From Aliivibrio fischeri ES114 (GTDB lineage: Bacteria > Pseudomonadota > Gammaproteobacteria > Enterobacterales > Vibrionaceae): a stretch of 32,000 nucleotides of DNA. The notes under the pieces were generated by a model that made no database searches, had not been told where the DNA came from, and saw nothing but the letters and a program-made list of their open reading frames with translations. This document shows, one piece after another, positions 1-8,791 of the stretch (its first letter is position 1; the number at the start of each line of letters is the position of its first letter). The stretch is taken from the NCBI RefSeq assembly GCF_000011805.1, contig NC_006840.2; one strand, given 5' to 3'. The position numbers and the translations under genes are program-made.

Positions 1-2
1 TT

Positions 3-170
3 GTTCGTGAGGGATTCAGCTCAAGCGGTGATTTAAATAAAGTGGACCGTATTTTTTATAAGAATGAATTGGTACCGCTTTTAGAATCGGTTTGTGAACT
101 CAATGATTTTATTGATGCGGATGTGATTTCAATTAATGATTACGTGGCGTTAGATCAGAGCGCTGCATAA
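3..170 (+). CDS. C-terminal fragment of a probable P2-type phage portal protein (gpQ-like), truncated by the window start
   Basis: Open frame from position 3 to TAA at 168-170, not in the ORF track because its start is outside. It encodes ...VDRIFYKNELVPLLESVCELNDFIDADVISINDYVALDQSAA, resembling the 'F..NEL.PL....ELN.W.....I.F..Y' C-terminus of P2-type portals. Recalled family resemblance only. Confidence 0.5.
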   Translation, partial: VREGFSSSGDLNKVDRIFYKNELVPLLESVCELNDFIDADVISINDYVALDQSAA

Positions 171-447
171 GTTCAACAAGAGAACGATGCTTTGCTCTGC
201 ATTCTTGATATTGAATAATAACCGCTCTTGTCCATTTGGCATGAGCGGTTTTTTCTATTGTTGCTGGTAACGGTAACGGATCACAAAGTGTAGTTAAAGC
301 GCTATCAATTGTACGATTAATATTTATTTGCTGTGTTGATGATATGCTGTAATTCGAGCAACTCGTTATCATCAACGTTATTGCACTGACAAGAATCGCT
401 TTCTTGATGCGTAAATGTGAAATCATATTGCGCCACTTCTTTATCAA
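133..447 (-). CDS. Rz1-like outer-membrane spanin lipoprotein
   Basis: Short protein with signal peptide and lipobox-like cysteine (AITLMITSCSNYS). Its start lies inside the upstream Rz-like ORF in another frame, the classic Rz/Rz1 arrangement. Confidence 0.6.
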   Translation of the reverse strand: MIKKWRNMISHLRIKKAILVSAITLMITSCSNYSISSTQQININRTIDSALTTLCDPLPLPATIEKTAHAKWTRAVIIQYQECRAKHRSLVELMQRSDLTPRNH

Positions 448-667
448 ATTGATATTGCTTATTTAAATACTGCTCAACTATTACTTTGTCTTTAGCTATG
501 TCTTTATTTGTTTCATCAACTATCTTGCGTGTTAGCTCTGTTTCTCTTGATTGCATTTGGAACATGGCAAGCTGAAAGCCGTTATCATGTCCTTGTCGAT
601 ATACCCCCCAAACTGCAGCGATAATCAAAGATATACAGATAACAATTGTGATTAATTTAACTTGCAT
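317..667 (-). CDS. Rz-like inner-membrane spanin
   Basis: Likely start MQVKLITIVICISLIIAAVWGVYRQG (internal ATG of ORF 317..718). One N-terminal TM then a charged periplasmic helical region, in a lysis-gene context. Confidence 0.55.
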   Translation of the reverse strand: MQVKLITIVICISLIIAAVWGVYRQGHDNGFQLAMFQMQSRETELTRKIVDETNKDIAKDKVIVEQYLNKQYQFDKEVAQYDFTFTHQESDSCQCNNVDDNELLELQHIINTANKY

Positions 668-668
668 G

Positions 669-881
669 TTATTGCTTCCCTGCGTCCATATAAAATTTAC
701 AGAAACCCACAAATACACCCGTTATTGCTGCGTATTGTACCAATGCAAATTCACTGTGCTTATCAATGGGTACTGCAAAAAAATAATCGTTAAACTCAAG
801 CCACATGTAACCGACAAATAAGCTCATTAGCTTTGGCCATAACCGCCATTTTTCAATGCGCTGGTGCATGTCATTTAACAC
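669..881 (-). CDS. Putative holin / small membrane lysis protein
   Basis: 70 aa with hydrophobic segments, lying between the Rz-like and endolysin genes. Confidence 0.5.
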   Translation of the reverse strand: MLNDMHQRIEKWRLWPKLMSLFVGYMWLEFNDYFFAVPIDKHSEFALVQYAAITGVFVGFCKFYMDAGKQ

Positions 882-1288
882 AATTCAAAATGCACTAAGT
901 CATCAAAGTTATTGTCTTTAAGTTCATTATCTTTATCCCAGTCACCGCCCCAACGGATCGCAACCCCCATTGATACACCAACACCAACAACTAAACCAGC
1001 AAAGTAACTGAATCGCTCTCGGTCATTCCAGTCGATAGGATAAGGGGCAACATCAACAGCGCGACTTGGTAATGTGTTGTGTTTGCCATTTGGATATTTC
1101 ACCTGGCTTTTACCTTCCGCAAATGCAGTATTTTGCTCTTCTTCTGTTCGATGGCCACAAAGAATGGAGCAGTCGCAAAGCTCAAGAACGCGAGTGAATA
1201 CTTTTATTAAATCAGGGTGGCAAGTAGCTAAACGTGCCGCGCTTGTTTTACTGAATTTATTCATTTTATAACGCCTTAACTGCAGCAA
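875..1288 (-). CDS. Phage endolysin, M15-type peptidase (L-alanyl-D-glutamate / VanY-like)
   Basis: Motifs CGHRTEEEQNTAFAEGKSQ, PSRAVDVAPYPIDW and DLVHFEL match the metal-binding His/Asp/His pattern of M15 phage endolysins. Confidence 0.85.
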   Translation of the reverse strand: MLQLRRYKMNKFSKTSAARLATCHPDLIKVFTRVLELCDCSILCGHRTEEEQNTAFAEGKSQVKYPNGKHNTLPSRAVDVAPYPIDWNDRERFSYFAGLVVGVGVSMGVAIRWGGDWDKDNELKDNNFDDLVHFELC

Positions 1289-1499
1289 CGATTGCTGTGA
1301 TGAGTGCGGCCAGTATTAATCTTACTAACCATGTTTTATCTGATTCTAATTTACCTATGCGCTCAGAATGTGACTCTTGCTTTGTACGAGTCTCTGTTAG
1401 CATTTCAAGAACCTTTTTTAATGTTGTATTTTGCTCACGCGTTAATTCGACAAGATGACTCATCGTTACATCAATACGTGCAATATCTTTCTCCGGCAT
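1266..1499 (-). CDS. Coiled-coil protein with C-terminal transmembrane segment (holin/XhlA-like accessory)
   Basis: Heptad-rich N-terminus followed by WLVRLILAALITAIVAAVKAL, adjacent to the endolysin. Confidence 0.4.
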   Translation of the reverse strand: MPEKDIARIDVTMSHLVELTREQNTTLKKVLEMLTETRTKQESHSERIGKLESDKTWLVRLILAALITAIVAAVKAL

Positions 1500-1587
1500 A
1501 ATTGACTCAATGTGATAACGTTAGTGCTCAGTGTATCGCGCGCGTAAAGTAGTTAATATTGATGAAAATCCTATATTCCAAATGTAG

Positions 1588-1609
1588 AAAACCCCGCACA
1601 ATGGCAGGG
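1588..1609 (-). terminator. Rho-independent terminator downstream of the tail-fibre genes
   Basis: Minus strand reads CCCTGC-CATTGT-GCGGGG-TTTT: 6-bp stem with one wobble, then a T-run. Confidence 0.6.
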
Positions 1610-1634
1610 CTTGGTGGGAGAGATAAATATAGTT

Positions 1635-2090
1635 TTACTCTTCTAAGGTTGCATTTTGCGGAGCGTATCGATTCATAATATCTGGTCGAATTGGTATACT
1701 TCTAGTCGCCGCTGTTGGATTTATCGCTCTTATGTATTCTTTTACTTCTCGCATTTGTTCATCTGAAATATCAGCGAGCTCTAAGCGATAATCCTCTTCA
1801 ACACGTATAGCGACTGCTTTCTCTGAACCAAATAATGTTATTGCTTCATTAAGTAAATCTTCTTCTGTTGGAATGTACGGTTCGTACTGCTTAATTATTC
1901 CGAACTCGCCAAGTCTTGCTCGCTTATACCACTCAACGCCGTGAGACATAACATCAAAAGCCGAAGCAACAAACTCAACTGGCTCTGTGATTTCAGTAAC
2001 GCCATCAACTTCTACAGTCATGAAAATCGCTGTTTTATCTTCATTTGCAAATGATAAGTTAGTTGCGCTTATTAGTTTAATTTCACTCAT
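1635..2090 (-). CDS. Putative tail fibre assembly protein / chaperone
   Basis: Immediately downstream of the tail fibre gene. Size and position are typical of tail fibre assembly proteins. Confidence 0.45.
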   Translation of the reverse strand: MSEIKLISATNLSFANEDKTAIFMTVEVDGVTEITEPVEFVASAFDVMSHGVEWYKRARLGEFGIIKQYEPYIPTEEDLLNEAITLFGSEKAVAIRVEEDYRLELADISDEQMREVKEYIRAINPTAATRSIPIRPDIMNRYAPQNATLEE

Positions 2091-3436
2091 TATAGAACCC
2101 TTTGATACAATCTCTGACCAACACCATCAATAGTCGCAGCTCTACCTTTCGCTGACCATGTACCAGCCAAGTATGAGCCTTTATGCCCACCATAAGTGTC
2201 CGTACCATACTGTGCAGCATGCGCTGTTGCATTATAAACTCTTGTATGTGAATTTCTTGCAGCGGTTCCACCAATCCATGCGACTAATGGAGTGCCGATT
2301 GGGAAATCTGTATTGCCTGAAGATGTTCCTGTATAAACTTTATTCCCACTCGTACCTGCTTTATCATATGCAGCATTAGCCCTATCCATTGCAGCCTTAA
2401 CGGCTGCGGAGTTTGCAACATTTGTCGGTGAACTAGAAGTTGTGGAACTACTTACTTTAGACGTTCCCACATAACGTTCATCACCTTCCGCTTTACTAAA
2501 AACACTCAACCAAGTTCTTATCGCGGCCACGTTAGTACAAACTCGATGATAGTTATCAGAGACCGATTTACGAAAAACCAAGCCGCCGCTGATTGCACTT
2601 TCATCTTGATAGTTAGAACGTAGTAATCGTACATGTAAATCACCAGTACTGTCCCTTTCTGCCATCGTACTAGCTGTTGCAACAATGCTATTAGTTCTAT
2701 TATTCAAACGCGTTGAGTTCGTAACTGTTTCACCACGCTTCCAGTACCACAAGTCCGCTTGGGCTTTCGTTATCTTACTGTTTGCAATATCTGCGACTAA
2801 CTTCACCGCCTTTGATGTTGCTGCTAATGATTCACTTGTTGAGTTGATAGCACTGGATAGCTTAGTTGCTCCGTATGTTGTTAGACTTGCTTGAACATAC
2901 GTCCATTTGCTGTGAGCAACATTAAGAGCTTCGTTTGCTCGAGCTAAAATAGGATCAAGCGCTCGCCAAAGCTGTGGCAATAACACCATTCTTTTTGTTT
3001 GAGCTTTGTTATCAATATCTTCATCTGTTGCTGCAGTAACACCCGTTATTGCAACAGTAATATTATCAATACTTGAATTAGCAAGATTTAAATCAAACGC
3101 TTCTGTCACGATAGTGTTTGAGCGCTTAACGGAAATGATTTCACCGCCTCGACTATCGACCGCAAACAAAGTGCCGTCAGTTAAGTGATAGCCTAGTTCT
3201 TTACCAATGAACTCATTATCACCATCAAAAACAGCCTCGCCATGAAGCTGGCCGTTACCGTTATCAAAACCCTTAGTGATTTCAACACGCGCGACTTCAT
3301 TTTTTAACTCTGTCTGGCCCACTGTAGGAATATAACCCTCAGTGCCAACACTAATATAAGCAATTTTATAACTGACACCCAAATCACCTGCAGCGGTTGC
3401 GGCTGCAATGCCAGCATCGGTAATTAATAAACTCAT
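2090..3436 (-). CDS. Phage tail fibre protein
   Basis: N-terminus MSLLITDAGIAAATAAGDLGVSYKIAYISVGTEGY resembles the N-terminal domain of P2/Mu-type tail fibre/collar proteins. It lies downstream of baseplate genes. Confidence 0.75.
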   Translation of the reverse strand: MSLLITDAGIAAATAAGDLGVSYKIAYISVGTEGYIPTVGQTELKNEVARVEITKGFDNGNGQLHGEAVFDGDNEFIGKELGYHLTDGTLFAVDSRGGEIISVKRSNTIVTEAFDLNLANSSIDNITVAITGVTAATDEDIDNKAQTKRMVLLPQLWRALDPILARANEALNVAHSKWTYVQASLTTYGATKLSSAINSTSESLAATSKAVKLVADIANSKITKAQADLWYWKRGETVTNSTRLNNRTNSIVATASTMAERDSTGDLHVRLLRSNYQDESAISGGLVFRKSVSDNYHRVCTNVAAIRTWLSVFSKAEGDERYVGTSKVSSSTTSSSPTNVANSAAVKAAMDRANAAYDKAGTSGNKVYTGTSSGNTDFPIGTPLVAWIGGTAARNSHTRVYNATAHAAQYGTDTYGGHKGSYLAGTWSAKGRAATIDGVGQRLYQRVL

Positions 3437-3905
3437 TGAGTTACCTCGTATTTATGAACATTGCGAATATGCCGAGCATTGGCTATTTGCGTTTGTACGT
3501 TAATTGTTGCGTTGTAAAGCCATTCAATAGATGTGTGTGGCAAGCGCACTTTTTCAAACTCAAACCAGGCTTCTTCGCTGCGAACATCAGGACTTAATGA
3601 CACATAAATAAAATTCGGTTTATCTTCATCATCAAAGACGGTCCCCGAATCATCGCCCGCAATGCCCACAAGCAACGCTTGATAATCACTTAATTCCAGC
3701 CGAACAACTTTGCCGAAAAATCCGTTAACAACGACAGTTGAATTTCATCATTTGTCAGCTTGAAATCTGCAGCCATGCCAAGAATGACATTTGTCAGCTC
3801 TTTGTTATCTGCCTCTTGCCAATACTCTCCCTTCGGCAAGAACGCGCGAATGGCATTGGCAAAATCTTCTTCTGTGTACTCAACCGTTAATTCAGCGCTG
3901 TCCAT
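3433..3905 (-). pseudogene. Mu gp48-like (DUF2313) tail/baseplate protein, split by an apparent frameshift
   Basis: ORF 3690..3905 (FANAIRAFLPKGEYWQ...LLTDFSAKLFGWN*) covers the N-terminal part. The -1 frame continues openly as KVVRLELSDYQALLVGIAGDDSGTVFDDEDKPNFIYVSLSP... to 3433. Neither half alone has full gp48 length. Confidence 0.55.
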
Positions 3906-4939
3906 GTTATGGCCCCCAACGTATGAACTTGAGTATTAGTAACAAACTGCTCTTCAGTTGGTTGCTTCACGATGTAATTAGATGTAATTGGAGCTATGGC
4001 CAGAACAATTTCAGTCGGCGTAATAGACTCAGGAACATACTCATTTGCAGCCGTGTTTCTTGCGCCCATTTTGCTTTTAAATAAATTCTCTAATGCAATG
4101 ACAATGTTTGCTCTCACCACTTCATCATGAACATTTTGAATTTCAATTGGGATCGGTTTATGAGAAGGAATAACAACACTAGGGTGACAACCCGCCAACC
4201 GTTCTTTATCAATAAATTCTTGAACGATAGAAATAACCTCAGGCGATAACGTAGGATCATTCTCTTTTGTCCCGATGTACACTTGAACGTGCCCAACCAT
4301 CGGTGTGTTATCTAATGCCCATGCAAAATCAACATCGGTATGTGCGGACTTTGCCCAGCTTACGTAATCTTCTCGACGACCGATTTCTTCCCCTTTATTA
4401 AATGCTGTGCATACTCGTTGTCGCCAATGTTCTAACTCTTCAATATCAGAACCGGCATCAAAACCAAGACAAATAACATTATCAGGATTTACACCGCCAA
4501 TGCCTTTTGTCAGTTTAAGTATTGCACCACTAGGTAAATTACTTGTTGAACCGGACATCAACGCCATTGCATCAATATCTTCATTACTATATTGAGTTGA
4601 TAGCGTTTCATACTCATTGCCAGTAATGCTTTTTACTATCGTACCTTTTGGAATAACGACAGGATCACCAAGCTGCTCAAATCGAATAAGGCCCGTCGAA
4701 AATGTTGGCAATAAGCGCTCGGTCTTATGACGTTTAGCATGCAGATACAACCACGCTTCTGAACACGTTTCAGGGTGCAACTCTCGGAACAATTGATCTT
4801 GATAACCGTATTGGCCATAACTTACCCCTGCAATTGCACATGCTATCGCATCAATCGCTGGGTTATGTTGCCCTGTTTTAGCAATAAGCGTCGATGTCGC
4901 TCTATCAATTAATGACTTTAAACTTCTCTGCGTACTCAT
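3887..4939 (-). CDS. Baseplate J-like protein (Mu gp47-like)
   Basis: Contains FEQLGDPVVIPKGTIV and EELEHWRQRVCTAFN..EEIGRREDYVSWAKS..., typical of baseplate J proteins, plus conserved gene order. Confidence 0.85.
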   Translation of the reverse strand: MSTQRSLKSLIDRATSTLIAKTGQHNPAIDAIACAIAGVSYGQYGYQDQLFRELHPETCSEAWLYLHAKRHKTERLLPTFSTGLIRFEQLGDPVVIPKGTIVKSITGNEYETLSTQYSNEDIDAMALMSGSTSNLPSGAILKLTKGIGGVNPDNVICLGFDAGSDIEELEHWRQRVCTAFNKGEEIGRREDYVSWAKSAHTDVDFAWALDNTPMVGHVQVYIGTKENDPTLSPEVISIVQEFIDKERLAGCHPSVVIPSHKPIPIEIQNVHDEVVRANIVIALENLFKSKMGARNTAANEYVPESITPTEIVLAIAPITSNYIVKQPTEEQFVTNTQVHTLGAITWTALN

Positions 4940-5322
4940 GGCTTAACCTCTATTTTTGAGCCATCGTTTAACGTTAATATCACGGTTCTACCAAGCTTAG
5001 TGGCTGATAACTTAACAACATTTACCGTTACTGTTTTAACGTGATTTTCATTCACTAACCAAGCCAGCGCTTCTTCGTAAAATCGCTTCGCTCTTCCTGC
5101 CGTTTGCTCGGTTAATTTTTCACGTTTTAATGTCCAGTCTCGTGAACCGACACCGTGAACAAATTCATCACTCCAACATCCGCCACGTTCTGCGCTATCC
5201 ATTCGCGCGCGATCATTTGCTGTTGATTCTGAATGATTCAATACACTTTGAAGCACGGCATGAGTTAACCCTTCTTTTGTATTCATTGGGGCCGTCAATG
5301 CGTTTAAATTAAAATGACTCAT
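4936..5322 (-). CDS. Mu gp46-like baseplate wedge protein
   Basis: GGCWSDEFVHGVGSRDWTLKREKLTEQTAGRAKRFYEEALAWLV matches the gp46 family signature. Confidence 0.8.
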   Translation of the reverse strand: MSHFNLNALTAPMNTKEGLTHAVLQSVLNHSESTANDRARMDSAERGGCWSDEFVHGVGSRDWTLKREKLTEQTAGRAKRFYEEALAWLVNENHVKTVTVNVVKLSATKLGRTVILTLNDGSKIEVKP

Positions 5323-5516
5323 GACACTTTATATGTTCCGGCTGAACTGCCTTTATCAACAATAACCATTGCGTTACTTGTTATTTCATCAATAACAGCA
5401 TTAGCGATAGCCTCAGCCAAATCCGCGGCTTTAGCAAACTCGCCCTCAGTAACCATCCCTTTGCCATTCATTTCTTTTACTATTTTGGATTTTAATGAAT
5501 CCTTACTTAATGCCAT
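5319..5516 (-). CDS. Small phage protein, unknown function
   Basis: Likely start MALSKDSLKSKIVKEMNG at an internal ATG of ORF 5319..5579. Its start abuts the upstream gp45-like gene. Confidence 0.5.
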   Translation of the reverse strand: MALSKDSLKSKIVKEMNGKGMVTEGEFAKAADLAEAIANAVIDEITSNAMVIVDKGSSAGTYKVS

Positions 5517-5518
5517 TA

Positions 5519-6076
5519 TTATTTTCCTGCTAATACAGTTGATGAACCATCGACATGAGGGGAGCCAGTAAAAGGACAAATACTTTCACAAGTAATAACA
5601 CCTGAGCCGTCATTTAATTTAATCTTTTTCCCATCCGCAAAAATATTGCCTTCGGCCGTTACCGTTACGTCTTTTTTTGCATTCACTTCAACAGAACCAA
5701 GTGATGTGATGGATATGCCATTCTCAGTAAAATGAACCAGATTCCCTTTATCGTCCAACATCGCCACTTCACCTTCGGCCAGCTCCATTTCATAACGTTC
5801 ATCTTCAACGCAAAATGAAAAACCGCGACTCATTACACCGCCAAGAAATAAGTTGTACGCACGAGAACCGACCTTTGGGTGACTCATAAAACCATAGTCA
5901 TGCAGCCGTTTAATACGGTCATTGGTTTTGCCTGTTGATGTTTGAATCTGTAATACTTTTGTCGACGAACCAGTGACGGTACCAATTGCCACCATATTCT
6001 TAATTCGACTCATTAAACGGCTAAACATGAGATACCTCTTTGAACGGTCGGAATAATTCAATTTTCGTTTCAGCAC
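5519..6076 (-). CDS. Baseplate assembly / tail spike protein (gpV / Mu gp45-like)
   Basis: MVAIGTVTGSSTKVLQIQTSTGKTNDRIKRLHDYGFMSHPKVGSRAYNLFLGG plus repetitive beta C-terminal spike sequence. The true start may be internal. Confidence 0.75.
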   Translation of the reverse strand: MLKRKLNYSDRSKRYLMFSRLMSRIKNMVAIGTVTGSSTKVLQIQTSTGKTNDRIKRLHDYGFMSHPKVGSRAYNLFLGGVMSRGFSFCVEDERYEMELAEGEVAMLDDKGNLVHFTENGISITSLGSVEVNAKKDVTVTAEGNIFADGKKIKLNDGSGVITCESICPFTGSPHVDGSSTVLAGK

Positions 6077-6965
6077 TGCTTTCAGACACCGATAGGCTTA
6101 ATGACTTAACTAGCAGCATTTCATTAAAATTCTGTTTTTTATCAACTACTCTCAGCGTTCTGTTAATTGCTCGGCCAGTTAACTCAATAAACAAAGCAGG
6201 TAATGATGTTGATGCGGTAAGCCCTTTTGCTATTGCGAGATCACGCTCGTATTCCGCTCTTGATTTACACGACTCGGCACTTTGCAGTTGATCAGAAATA
6301 ATTACGGTTCTTCTTTGCGTGTTAGCTGGGGCATACGTGATCACTGCATGAGCATCGTCCCACTGTCCCTGGACTTCAATGTGATAAAACTGCTCTGCAA
6401 AATTTCTATCTATCGCAAGGGATTCAATGTTTTTACCCACTTCTAACGTAACGCCATCTATCACTGCATGCGCTGGGTTTTCTATCGTTAATACGCCATT
6501 GCGCTCAATAAGAATAAAACCCTGCTCTTTAATGAGTTGGGCAAAATTATCAACCGGAGATTCTGCGTTTATTTGAAACTCTGAGATTGGTTTTAACTTT
6601 GATGAATCAACCAAACAATTCACGCTTAAACCGAAATCTTTAGCGATAGAACGAAGTAACTCATCAAGCGGCTGGCCGTACTCTGCATCCATTGTGATTT
6701 TTGAATCAATCATATTGGCACTCTTTGAACGCCCACTGATTGCCATTGAATATTCACTGCTTGCGGTTGATGTTCCGACCCGATCTATCTGTCCGGTTAA
6801 TATGCTTGTACTTCCCAACTTAAACATGACGGGCAATGGTTTATCTATCTGCATTGGCTCAATACTGCAGTTAAACGTATGAGCAAGCTGTTCAATAGAA
6901 AACGTTAAACTAGCATTAAAAAAAACAACGGGCTTACTATCAATTAATAACGTTAACTGACTCAT
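6021..6965 (-). CDS. Baseplate hub protein (Mu gp44 / P2 gpD-like)
   Basis: Length, internal sequences FGLSVNCLVDSSKLKPISEFQINAESPVDNFAQLIKEQGFILIERNG, and position between gp43- and gp45-like genes. Confidence 0.8.
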   Translation of the reverse strand: MSQLTLLIDSKPVVFFNASLTFSIEQLAHTFNCSIEPMQIDKPLPVMFKLGSTSILTGQIDRVGTSTASSEYSMAISGRSKSANMIDSKITMDAEYGQPLDELLRSIAKDFGLSVNCLVDSSKLKPISEFQINAESPVDNFAQLIKEQGFILIERNGVLTIENPAHAVIDGVTLEVGKNIESLAIDRNFAEQFYHIEVQGQWDDAHAVITYAPANTQRRTVIISDQLQSAESCKSRAEYERDLAIAKGLTASTSLPALFIELTGRAINRTLRVVDKKQNFNEMLLVKSLSLSVSESSAETKIELFRPFKEVSHV

Positions 6966-8221
6966 TCACTCACCCTCATTGCTACGGTACCGTGCAAAAA
7001 AAGAGGGTGCATTGATGGATTAAGTGCCGTCACCATTTTTTCATTACTATCGGATTGATGAGCTAACACCAACGCCGGAAGCGGCCGAACTTGATCAACA
7101 TAGCTTTGTGGCTCACTGCCTTTTTTCACTTTGTTGTATTGATTATCAATGCCTTCTTTTAATGCAATTAACGAGTGATACAGCTCAATGCTTTCAAGCG
7201 TTGAACCATCGGTCACTTCATCTACTCGTGATGCCACTTCTTTTGATAGCGTTGCCAAGTCACTCATGATCGTTAATGCTTGCTTATTTGATGTGATTTC
7301 AGTTGTAGATGATGGCTCGCTTACTGTTGCAGCAATATCAAAGGCATCGTCTTGTTCTAATACGGCAATGTCCTTACTCATCTTTACCGCTGCAGTCACC
7401 ATTTGAACATTGTAATGTGCGGTTGGCGTGCTTGGATTAATAGCGGATAGCATTGTCTTTTGTGCAGTACGTGAATTATCTACCGCTTCATTCTTTGAAT
7501 TTGGCTCAGAACGCACAGCACTTGCGATACTGTCTATTGTTTTACTGAGCTGCTCTGCAAATTGTCCTGGCGCATTAGCAATACTTGAAATAGCCATAAA
7601 CGCGCTGTTTAATTCTTGATTTAATGCCGACAACATCTGGCTAGGCACGCTTAATTGACTTGCAATACCCACCAAGGCATTAACGCATTGCGTGAAATCT
7701 TGTTGAAGACTGCTTATCTCTGAGATATCCATGCTTTCAACATCTTGAATAAACGTTTTGCTTGATACGTTATCTACTTCACTCGCTTGCTGCAGAGTGG
7801 TATTGGTTGTCGTGGTAATGGTGCGGATAAGAACGGGCTTCTTTCCATCTCGCACAAAAGTAAGTGACAGCGTGACAACACCGCGTTTTGTTGTGATTTG
7901 TTGTGAGTAGGTATCGAATACAAGAGGAAGTTCACCAAGCCATGGATGCTCTAATTCCCCTTTGGGTGTTTTGCTTAAACTATTAATCAGTGCATTGGAA
8001 TCAACTAATGAATTAACTCCAACAAAAATCACTTCGAGATCAATATTATTTGCTTTGCTGCCCATCACTTTGATTAATGGTAATTCAGCATAAGGAATAT
8101 CACTAACCTGCAGTCGCTTACCGCCATCAAGCGATGTAGTCAGTATATTTAACTGTAGGCCGTTCCATCGCCCTTGTTCATATTTTCTTTCCCACATGCC
8201 ACGACTCACTTCATCAATCAA
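6962..8221 (-). CDS. DNA circularisation-domain tail protein (Mu gp43/N-like)
   Basis: N-terminus WERKYEQGRWNGLQLNILTTSLDGGKRLQVSDIPYAELPLIKVMG resembles the DNA-circulation N domain. It is first gene of the Mu-like baseplate order. Confidence 0.75.
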   Translation of the reverse strand: MIDEVSRGMWERKYEQGRWNGLQLNILTTSLDGGKRLQVSDIPYAELPLIKVMGSKANNIDLEVIFVGVNSLVDSNALINSLSKTPKGELEHPWLGELPLVFDTYSQQITTKRGVVTLSLTFVRDGKKPVLIRTITTTTNTTLQQASEVDNVSSKTFIQDVESMDISEISSLQQDFTQCVNALVGIASQLSVPSQMLSALNQELNSAFMAISSIANAPGQFAEQLSKTIDSIASAVRSEPNSKNEAVDNSRTAQKTMLSAINPSTPTAHYNVQMVTAAVKMSKDIAVLEQDDAFDIAATVSEPSSTTEITSNKQALTIMSDLATLSKEVASRVDEVTDGSTLESIELYHSLIALKEGIDNQYNKVKKGSEPQSYVDQVRPLPALVLAHQSDSNEKMVTALNPSMHPLFLHGTVAMRVSE

Positions 8222-8491
8222 CCATACGATTATTCCGTTTATGCAATACCTGAAATTTTCTCGCCTAGATGGGTGCCGAGGGCTTCCGTCGGCTCACCCT
8301 CCCCTCCGCACTAAAATTCAGCACTACAATAAAACGAAAAATAACCGCAAAAAAATTATGCAACTCTATTAAACACAAGTATTTGTTTGATTTGAATAAA
8401 ATGGGTTTCTAGCTGATCGATTTAGAGATCCTTTAAGATCGTTTTCTTGCGTTTTTTGGTTTTATTGAATTTATGAAGATATTGGGATTAA

Positions 8492-8511
8492 AGCGGCCAC
8501 GACTGACCGCT
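8492..8511 (-). terminator. Possible terminator 3' of the Ogr-like gene
   Basis: Minus strand AGCGG-TC-AGTCGT-GG-CCGCT-TTAAT: about 7 bp stem with weak T-tract. Confidence 0.35.
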
Positions 8512-8548
8512 CTATGATTAGGATTTATTTGCGTATTCAAATACTCAA

Positions 8549-8791
8549 TCACGCAAGTGCACTGTCAAAAATATCCATTTGATTGGCATTTTTGCACAGC
8601 TCTGGCTGCAATTCTGAACTTGGTTTATGTCCTGTTGGCTCAATAAAGTGTGAAAATGATGTATGAGCAACAAATACTTTTCCGCAGTTCAAATTTAAGC
8701 ATTGACAATATAACTCGCGGGTTTCTGGAGAGATAGAGCGCGATGTAGCAATGCGCGTTTTAGTCAAACACGTTGGGCATGTTATTAGCAT
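8549..8791 (-). CDS. ogr: Ogr/Delta-like zinc-finger late transcription activator
   Basis: MLITCPTCLTKTRIATSRSISPETRELYCQCLNLNCGKVFVAHTSFSH: four-cysteine arrangement and TS..S....LYCQC.N..CG.VF signature of P2 Ogr/Delta. Confidence 0.9.
   Translation of the reverse strand: MLITCPTCLTKTRIATSRSISPETRELYCQCLNLNCGKVFVAHTSFSHFIEPTGHKPSSELQPELCKNANQMDIFDSALA

Noticed and set aside
1074-1271. Plus-strand ORFs inside the lysis and baseplate genes (e.g. 1074..1271, 2685..2894, 3791..4084, 6040..6291, 9689..10009, 11916..12308)
   Set aside because: They are antisense to well-supported phage genes and have no recognised motifs. Most likely fortuitous open frames.
3690-3740. Programmed -1 frameshift joining the gp48-like halves
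   Set aside because: The sequence near the junction (GGA TTT TTC GGC AAA in the second frame) has a T-run but no convincing X XXY YYZ heptamer in the zero frame. A plain indel or sequencing error is simpler.
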